This document shows positions 33,531 through 40,540 of a stretch of DNA of 40,540 nucleotides, piece after piece. Under the pieces are notes generated by a model. The model ran no database searches. It was given only the letters and a program-made list of their open reading frames with translations, and was not told the DNA's origin. Numbering within the stretch: position 1 is the stretch's first letter; the number at the start of each line of letters is the position of its first letter. The translations under genes were made by a program, and so were the position numbers. Source of the DNA: Methanobacterium sp. (GTDB lineage: Archaea > Methanobacteriota > Methanobacteria > Methanobacteriales > Methanobacteriaceae); contig PMWA01000088.1 in NCBI GenBank assembly GCA_003166335.1, forward strand, positions 1 to 40,540, read 5' to 3'.

Positions 33531-33681
33531 GCTATATAATCCATAAGAAAAACTTTGAATTAAGATTGAAATTATCGATTTAAGACTATCCGTCATTATG
33601 AGTTTAAAATTTTCATATTTTGCTAAATTCGATATTTTTAAGCTGTGATAAAAGAGTAGTTTTTAAATCGAAGAGGTAGTT

Positions 33682-34218
33682 ATGAAATCAGAATTTGAGA
33701 AATCATGGACACGGCTGCCAGAAGAAAATTCTAGGCAATACAGCGCTTTTTGCATCTTTAGAGATATGGGTCCCAAAAGAAGCATCCCCAAAGTTGCTAA
33801 GGAGTGGTCTTCAACTGGTGCTATCCGTCGATTACGGGTATGGGCAGCCCAAAACCATTGGAAAGAAAGAGTAGTTGCATATGATGATTATATAGACGAA
33901 ATAAAAAGGACCAAAAATGAAGAAGCAATTTTAGAAATGACTGCTCGGCATGCTGATTACTCATTACAAATACAAGAAAAAGCCATTGAATCCCTTAAAT
34001 TAGTAGATCCAGGACAACTAAAACCCCATGAAGTAATCAAAATGATTGAAACTGCAGTAAAAATCGAAAGATTAAGTCGTGGAGTCCCTACCGAAAATAT
34101 TAAGCAAGAAAATGAAGTAATAGAGGTTAAAAAAGATGTCATCACACCTGAAAAGCTCAAAAATCCAGAAGTTAGAAAAGCAGCCAATGAATTCATTAGA
34201 ACCATCTCAGATAGCTAG
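33682..34218 (+). CDS. terS: Phage terminase small subunit-like protein
   Basis: WTRLPEENSRQYSAFCIFRDMGPKRSIPKVA...W...W.ERV.AYD HTH-type pattern; GAGGT RBS; directly upstream of and overlapping terL. Confidence 0.75.
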   Translation: MKSEFEKSWTRLPEENSRQYSAFCIFRDMGPKRSIPKVAKEWSSTGAIRRLRVWAAQNHWKERVVAYDDYIDEIKRTKNEEAILEMTARHADYSLQIQEKAIESLKLVDPGQLKPHEVIKMIETAVKIERLSRGVPTENIKQENEVIEVKKDVITPEKLKNPEVRKAANEFIRTISDS

Positions 34219-35590
34219 AACAGCTCCAATGGGATTAGCATTGATTGCAAGTAACTCTCGTTATCAAATAGCACCACATATATCTTTGATTAATGAAAAG
34301 CTTCAAGAAATTGCAATAGGAGATCTTAAACGATTAATGGTGTTCTTACCTCCAAGACATGGCAAATCGTGGTTGGTTTCCCATTACTTCCCTGCATGGT
34401 ACCTAGGATTGTTTCCAGACAATAGAGTAATTTTAACAACATATGAGGCTGATTTTGCAGCATCTTGGGGTAGAAAAGCTAGAGATGTTCTTAAAGAATG
34501 CGGAAAATCTGTTTTTGGAGTAGAAGTTAATAATAAATCTTCTGCAGCCAACAGATGGGATATAAAAAATCATGATGGAGGGATGGTCACTGCAGGTGTG
34601 GGTGGACCAATAACTGGTAAAGGAGCTGACATTCTTATTATAGATGACCCTGTGAAGAACGCTGAAGAAGCTAATTCCCAAAATTACAGAGATAAAATTT
34701 GGGAATGGTATCAGTCTACTGCTTACACCCGTTTGGAACCTCAAGGTGCTGTAATTTTGATTATGACACGTTGGAATGAGGATGACCTAGCTGGGAGACT
34801 GCTAAAGAAAATGCAGAGTGTTACAAGTGAGCAATGGGAAATAATAAATCTTCCCGCTATTGCAGAAGAAGATGACCTGCTTGGCAGAAAACCGGGTGAA
34901 CCACTATGGCCCGGGAGATTCGATTTGAAGGTACTCAATGAAAGAAAAGATACTATAGGCTCATATTTCTGGAGTGCACTCTATCAACAAAGACCACAGC
35001 CATCAGGTGGCGGTTTGCTTAAACGCTCTTGGCTACATTATTATGAATGTCAAGAGCTACCACCTTTAAAAGAATTAGATATTTATCAAGGATGGGATTT
35101 AGCTATAAGTGCAAAAGAAACCGCTGACTACACGGTTTGCACAACAGTGGGTGTATTCGATGACAATCAGATCTTTGTCTTAGACTGGTACCGGGACAGG
35201 ATAGATTTTCCAACTCAAGTCAAGATGGTCGAAAAACTGGCCCAAATGTGGAATCCTTTAGAGATTGGAATTGAAAGTAATGTTTATCAAAAGGCTTTAC
35301 CACAACAGCTTAAAGAAACTTCAATGTTGCCAATAAAAGAGGTTAATAGAACTAAAGATAAAATAACAAGGATTTCATCGGGTTTTATCCACTTTGAAAA
35401 TGGTAAGGTACTCTTACCAGAAAATCACTCTGAATTAGACAATTTTATCAATGAATACGTCTATTTCCCTCATGGTAAACATGATGATATCTTAGATTCC
35501 ATTGAACTAGCTATACAACTTGTAAAAGAGCCTTATCTAAATTTAGACATTCGTGCGATAATGGGATTAAATTCTTACGAAAATTTATAA
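34187..35590 (+). CDS. terL: Phage terminase large subunit (ATPase plus RNase H-like nuclease)
   Basis: Walker A PPRHGKS, GPITGKGAD, Walker B IIDDP, MTRW coupling motif, YQQRP, nuclease GWDLA / DYT / HDDILD. Intact frame; ATG 34187 preferred over 34136. Confidence 0.93.
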   Translation: MNSLEPSQIARTAPMGLALIASNSRYQIAPHISLINEKLQEIAIGDLKRLMVFLPPRHGKSWLVSHYFPAWYLGLFPDNRVILTTYEADFAASWGRKARDVLKECGKSVFGVEVNNKSSAANRWDIKNHDGGMVTAGVGGPITGKGADILIIDDPVKNAEEANSQNYRDKIWEWYQSTAYTRLEPQGAVILIMTRWNEDDLAGRLLKKMQSVTSEQWEIINLPAIAEEDDLLGRKPGEPLWPGRFDLKVLNERKDTIGSYFWSALYQQRPQPSGGGLLKRSWLHYYECQELPPLKELDIYQGWDLAISAKETADYTVCTTVGVFDDNQIFVLDWYRDRIDFPTQVKMVEKLAQMWNPLEIGIESNVYQKALPQQLKETSMLPIKEVNRTKDKITRISSGFIHFENGKVLLPENHSELDNFINEYVYFPHGKHDDILDSIELAIQLVKEPYLNLDIRAIMGLNSYENL

Positions 35591-35621
35591 TAATTTAATA
35601 ATTAATTAAGTTATTTTTTTT

Positions 35622-36608
35622 TTAAAACATGTGAATGATGTTGAAGGGTTTAAGGTAGGTTGCTGATAATAGGATGATGTTAAGCAGTAAAACAAGTATT
35701 GATAGCAATATCACGGATTCTGTGAATCTGTTGAAGGGTACTTCGAAGTCTCTGCGTCTTGAATCAATATAGTAATAAGTGAAGGGGAATAGTACTATGG
35801 TTTGAGGTATCAAAATGCTGAAGAATTCGATTAAATTTAGTGTTAGGACAACACTGGCGGTTAAAAACTGTGTTAATGCCGGTATGAATAGTGTTGAGGC
35901 GAATGTGAGCATCATAACTGAAAAAACTGGGAATAAAATTATGTATATAGATTTATTGGAGACTGAATAGGTTAAGTAGAAGGTTACTTCTGGGTTTTTA
36001 AGTATTTCAAACTGTTCCTCATAATCTTTTTCATTTATTAAGAGGTGGTAAATTTCATTTCCCTCAATTTTTTCTACGTATTTAATTGTTAATTGTAATT
36101 CTCCTACTGTACTGAGTAATATGTAATATAATAGGGGACTGGATTTTGTTTTATCTAATTTCATCCCTTTAGGGAGCATTATAGAGTATTCATGTTGAGT
36201 GGGTCCATCTATTCTGGTTGTGGATATATATCCGGTAGGATTCCTCCAACGTAATTGGAATGGTTTTTTTTCAAATCCTGGTTTTATATTCAAATACTCT
36301 AATTCTAATTTAACATGTCTCAAATCATTATTTGAATCCATAGCTTTAGGGTAAGTATTTAAATCACCTAAATTTACGGTTAGAACTATGATACTTGATT
36401 CTTCTCCTGAATTTGATAGAGGTGAAGCTATAAATGGTAAATTTGTATTCAAATCTCCTCTTTTAATATTTAATTTTAAGAAGTTTTTGAGGTGAATGTC
36501 AATGAATTGTTGATCGGTGTATAAATCCATTACTTCAAGTATTAATCTGCCTTTAGTGGGGCTTATTCGGTCTTCGAAACACCAGCTAGATTGTTCTTTG
36601 ATTAACAT
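35622..36608 (-). CDS. Hypothetical protein with a beta-rich N-terminal region and three C-terminal TM helices
   Basis: 328-aa ORF with a hydrophobic C-terminus; no family recognised. Confidence 0.65.
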   Translation of the reverse strand: MLIKEQSSWCFEDRISPTKGRLILEVMDLYTDQQFIDIHLKNFLKLNIKRGDLNTNLPFIASPLSNSGEESSIIVLTVNLGDLNTYPKAMDSNNDLRHVKLELEYLNIKPGFEKKPFQLRWRNPTGYISTTRIDGPTQHEYSIMLPKGMKLDKTKSSPLLYYILLSTVGELQLTIKYVEKIEGNEIYHLLINEKDYEEQFEILKNPEVTFYLTYSVSNKSIYIILFPVFSVMMLTFASTLFIPALTQFLTASVVLTLNLIEFFSILIPQTIVLFPFTYYYIDSRRRDFEVPFNRFTESVILLSILVLLLNIILLSATYLKPFNIIHMF

Positions 36609-36679
36609 GATAATTCTTTAAAAGTAGTATTTATTTTAAATAAGGATTATTTTATTTACATTCTGTTTATACATAATTT

Positions 36680-36811
36680 TTAAGAATTTACTTCTTTATG
36701 TTTTATTTTATCCTTAATTAATTTTATATTATCTGAACTGACTCCGTAAGCAACTCCAATATATTTTATCTCGGCATCTAATGTTTGTAAATTACGACCA
36801 AAACGTAGCAT
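36680..36811 (-). CDS. Possible small protein (43 aa); absent from the ORF track
   Basis: MLRFGRNLQTLDAEIKYIGVAYGVSSDNIKLIKDKIKHKEVNS*; GGGATG upstream; richer in G+C than its flanks. Confidence 0.35.
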   Translation of the reverse strand: MLRFGRNLQTLDAEIKYIGVAYGVSSDNIKLIKDKIKHKEVNS

Positions 36812-37022
36812 TATTTTACATCCCAATTTTTGTTTGCATGATGAAAAGTTTATACAAACTTTTTAAGCAAAAAATTTAATGAACAGTTGTATAAATCTTA
36901 ATCCTCTGAAATATTTTAGATAAATTTAATATAAATTTTAAATGTATATAATTTTTCTGAATTTGTGGAATAATAATGAATTTTTGATTGCCACTCAACG
37001 TAGTGGTTTGAGTAAAAGAGTT

Positions 37023-37817
37023 TTATTTCACTATTTTTTGGTATTCGGGGCAGAGGTAAGTTGTGCGACCTCCTATTTTTAAGGTTATTAGAGTTCCTCC
37101 ATGGGGGCATTCTCCACCTTGATGACGATGTGCTAGTAGAAAGTTAGATGGCATATTATGGGGTGTATCATGATATTCTATGGCTTTATTTAAAACCATT
37201 TTCATCTCTTGAAATAGTTTTTTAAGATTATCTTTATCTAGTTTATCTGCTGTGGTTAAAGGATGGATTCTGCTTTGGTAAAGGATTTCATCAGCGTATA
37301 GGTTTCCAATTCCCGCTATAAAATTCTGATTCATGATAAGAGATTTTATTATGCCTTTTCTTTTCCTAAATAATTCTTTAAAGGTTTTAAAATTTATTTC
37401 CAGTGCATCAGGCCCTAAATTCTTCTCTCTAATGAAATTATCAGGATTCCTGGTTAATCCTAATTTACCAAACTTTCTCATATCATCAAAAACGAGTTCA
37501 TCTTCGTTTATAAATTGTATTAGTAATCGTATGTGATTAGAATAATTTTTTAAGGAATTTTTTTGGATGTATTTAAGGTAACCAGTCATGCCAAAATGTA
37601 TAATCAAAAAATAATCATTATTAAGTTGGCAGAAAAGATATTTCCCATATCTCCTGCTGCCTATGAATTCTAACCCATAAAGTGCCTTACGGAGTTCATT
37701 TGGTTTAACGTTTATTAAGATTTCTGGACTTCTAATTTCAATCTTTTTTATTCTTTGATACAGAGATGTGGAGTTAAAGTAGGTTTTATAGATTTCAAGA
37801 CTAGGTAATTCAGGCAT
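37023..37817 (-). CDS. mutM: Fpg/Nei family DNA glycosylase/AP lyase
   Basis: N-terminal MPELP, RYGKYL, HFGMTG, DMRKFG, LGPDAL, H2TH AGIGNLYADEIL and GGRTTYLCP motifs. Confidence 0.9.
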   Translation of the reverse strand: MPELPSLEIYKTYFNSTSLYQRIKKIEIRSPEILINVKPNELRKALYGLEFIGSRRYGKYLFCQLNNDYFLIIHFGMTGYLKYIQKNSLKNYSNHIRLLIQFINEDELVFDDMRKFGKLGLTRNPDNFIREKNLGPDALEINFKTFKELFRKRKGIIKSLIMNQNFIAGIGNLYADEILYQSRIHPLTTADKLDKDNLKKLFQEMKMVLNKAIEYHDTPHNMPSNFLLAHRHQGGECPHGGTLITLKIGGRTTYLCPEYQKIVK

Positions 37818-38045
37818 GATTAACTTCACCTTCAATTGAATTTAAACATGATTTAAAAAAAATTCTTTAATATTATATAATTTTTGGGGAATAAAAATTT
37901 TAGTTCTAAAAAAAAAGAAAATTGTAATTTTCTAATAAATTTGGGAATATTACAAAAATTATGTTTAAACTTTTATTTTTGCAGGAATGTTCCCGATAGG
38001 GTTTTTTTATTATTTATATAATTTACAACGCAATTTTCAGGTTTT

Positions 38046-38546
38046 TTATTTGCTATAATTCTTGATTTTAACTATTTCCACGTAGGGATGGTTTTTAACG
38101 AATTCTCTGTAGGGTGATATTAATTCTAACAGTATTTCAAGGGCTTTATGGATACTTTTCCCATCTTTGGCAATGGTGGGGATTATAGGTGCATTAACAA
38201 AGTTTATGTGAAGTTCTTCATTTTTTAAGTCTTGTTTATTGGCAGCGATGACGTAAGGTATGTTATTTTGGCTTATAAATTTTATTAATTCTTCATCAGC
38301 TTTTGTAATGCCTATTGTATTGTCTATGAATATAATAACTCCATTTATGTCTTTGAATAGGGAGTATTGGTTAAATTTCCATTTTATTTTTTCAGGGTGG
38401 CTTAAAAGATGAATTTTCTGGCTGTTGATGGTTAAGCTTCCTTGTTCTATATTTTTGGTTTGTAATAGTTTATCACATATATTTTCCATTGCGGTGGTTT
38501 TTCCAGAGCCTAGTGCTCCCATCACTAAAATTTTTTTTATTTCCAT
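38046..38546 (-). CDS. Small MglA/Arf-like GTP-binding protein with degenerate switch motifs
   Basis: G1 GALGSGKTT, G4 ANKQD and G5-like TIAK are present; the G3 position reads HLLSHPEKIKW. Confidence 0.75.
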   Translation of the reverse strand: MEIKKILVMGALGSGKTTAMENICDKLLQTKNIEQGSLTINSQKIHLLSHPEKIKWKFNQYSLFKDINGVIIFIDNTIGITKADEELIKFISQNNIPYVIAANKQDLKNEELHINFVNAPIIPTIAKDGKSIHKALEILLELISPYREFVKNHPYVEIVKIKNYSK

Positions 38547-38651
38547 AATTTACCACTCTTTTTTTATTTCTTTTTTTCTCTCATTTTTTTTCTTTCTTCA
38601 ATTATTGTAATTGTTCTATAAAATATTATAGTTTTACTATTTGTGTATAAA

Positions 38652-38717
38652 TAATCACAATTTGTGATTAGATAAGAATTTTTTCTTAAAATCATTAACA
38701 TATAACAATTGTTATAT
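38652..38717. promoter_or_regulatory. Two related palindromes upstream of the GTPase gene
   Basis: TAATCACAA-T-TTGTGATTA (38652-38670) and ATATAACAATTGTTATAT (38700-38717). Confidence 0.45.
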
Positions 38718-39013
38718 TTTTTTATATAAATCTTTTCTCGAAGATAATCATATTATGAATTTTAAATAAGTAAAAATCTCAATGAATCCTACACTTTCAC
38801 TGAGTTTCAATAAGATGAGTAAAAAAAATAAATATAAAAAAAATAAACAGTAATTCGAGAAAGGATATAGAAAAGAAAAAATAAAATTAGGGGAATAATT
38901 AAACGTAGTTTTGAACAAATTTTAACAATTCCAATTATATCCGATTTAATCTTTTCTATATCTAATTTTTTTTTGAAGTATTCTATTCCCGCCTCCCAAA
39001 AATAGAATTGACT

Positions 39014-39358
<345 letters not shown>

Positions 39359-39365
39359 TCACTAC

Positions 39366-40540
39366 CTAAATCCTATAACCCGACTCCTCGTGTAAATGAG
39401 TGTCAAGTCCTTCCAATTCTTCTTCGTCTGTCACTCTTAAACCAATGGTTTTATCCAATACAAATGCAAGTACTAATGTCCAACCTCCAGACCAGGCTAT
39501 AACTGTTCCAATGTCGATTAATTGCCATACCATCTGCATAGGATTTCCATAGAATAGACCTACCCCTGTAGCATTTATGATTGGGGCTGCGAATAAACCA
39601 GTAGCGATAGCTCCCCATGCACCTGAAACACCATGTACAGCAAATACATCAAGTGAATCATCATAGCCAAAGCGTGGTTTTAACCATGTCATCGCATAGT
39701 ATGAGAAGAAAGATGTTATGAATCCAAGTATCAATGCACCAGTAACTGTTACATAACCTGATGCAGGAGTTATGGCCACTAAACCGCAAACAGCACCAGT
39801 TATTGCGCCAAGTACTGTTGGTTTTCCTGTTTTTATAATGTCAATTAGCATCCAGGATATCATAGCTGCAGCGGTGGCTGTGTTAGTTACTAAAAAAGCT
39901 GATGATGCAAGACCTCCAGCAGTAAGCGCCGAACCAGCGTTAAACCCAAACCAACCAAACCATAATAATGCAGCACCTATAACAGAATATCCTAAATTAT
40001 GGGGCAATAGTTTAGTGTCTTTCCTTGTACCAAGATATATACAAAGTACTAACGCAGCTATACCACAATCAAGGTGTACCACAGTACCACCAGCAAAATC
40101 GAGTGCACCGAGTTTAGCTAGCCATCCCCCACCCCACACCCAGTGGGATATTGGTACATATACTATAGTAATCCACAGTGGCACAAATGCAAGCCATGCT
40201 TTGAATTTCATCCTACCAACCACAGCACCGGATATCAGCGCCACGGTAATAGCAGCGAACACTAATTCAAATGCCGAATAAATAGTTACTGGTATAGTTG
40301 GTGCATTTGCTGCTAGTGCACTGGAACTTACTCCTAAGAATAATAAATTAGATCCATTACCAATTAAACCATATACATCAGTACCGAATGCTAGTTGGTA
40401 TGCATATATTACCCAAATAACACTTGTAATAGAGAAAGCTATTAGTGACATAAAAAGGGTGTTTAAAACGTTTTCTCTTTTCACCAAACCACCGTAGTAT
40501 AATGCCACTCCAGGAACTGTCATAAGCATTACTAAGGCAG
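39366..40540 (-). CDS. amt: Ammonium transporter (5'-truncated by the window edge)
   Basis: [52 protein letters not shown] and EGLD...H.E motifs. Confidence 0.96.
   Translation of the reverse strand, partial: ALVMLMTVPGVALYYGGLVKRENVLNTLFMSLIAFSITSVIWVIYAYQLAFGTDVYGLIGNGSNLLFLGVSSSALAANAPTIPVTIYSAFELVFAAITVALISGAVVGRMKFKAWLAFVPLWITIVYVPISHWVWGGGWLAKLGALDFAGGTVVHLDCGIAALVLCIYLGTRKDTKLLPHNLGYSVIGAALLWFGWFGFNAGSALTAGGLASSAFLVTNTATAAAMISWMLIDIIKTGKPTVLGAITGAVCGLVAITPASGYVTVTGALILGFITSFFSYYAMTWLKPRFGYDDSLDVFAVHGVSGAWGAIATGLFAAPIINATGVGLFYGNPMQMVWQLIDIGTVIAWSGGWTLVLAFVLDKTIGLRVTDEEELEGLDTHLHEESGYRI

Noticed and set aside
11037..35590. Functional link between ArvA vesicles and the orphan terminase (DNA packaging into vesicles)
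   Set aside because: The loci are over 20 kb apart with unrelated genes between, and terminases require a portal.
32470..37020. Complete provirus or att-flanked element around terL
   Set aside because: No structural, integrase or replication genes, and no convincing terminal direct repeats seen by eye.

Overview
AT-rich archaeal chromosomal window. Gene content and synteny (rqcH, arvABC/oapABC, class III signal-peptide pilins, amt-glnK) point to a Methanobacterium-like methanogen; this taxonomic call is inference. (i) 1-~8990 looks like the right part of a decaying integrated element. It carries arsR-arsM-acr3, a metallophosphoesterase, a TMEM175 channel, a DUF998-like protein, two pseudogenes missed or truncated by the ORF track (a ribbon-helix-helix-like gene and a DUF5518-like gene) and a frameshifted tyrosine integrase abutting rqcH. 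(ii) 9018-15260 is a core block: rqcH, an operon of membrane/PLD-fold protein, MBL hydrolase and arvA/B/C, and a wHTH protein. (iii) 15570-16377 is a tandemly duplicated mini-pilin cassette with three intact ~56-aa pilins and one internally deleted copy. (iv) 16884-32466 is a mosaic surface-glycan locus: four GT-C-type membrane transferases, three GT2s, a flippase, an N-acetyltransferase, a 2-epimerase, a methyltransferase broken by an in-frame TAG and a small unannotated zinc-ribbon ORF. (v) 32612-36860 holds an intact orphan phage terminase pair (terS-terL) divergent from a wHTH regulator, with palindromes at the putative promoter and no portal, capsid, tail or integrase genes nearby. This is the most intriguing locus. 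(vi) The window ends with fpg/nei, a degenerate small GTPase, glnK and a 5'-truncated amt. No rRNA, tRNA or CRISPR array was recognised. All family calls come from motif recognition by eye, not database searches.
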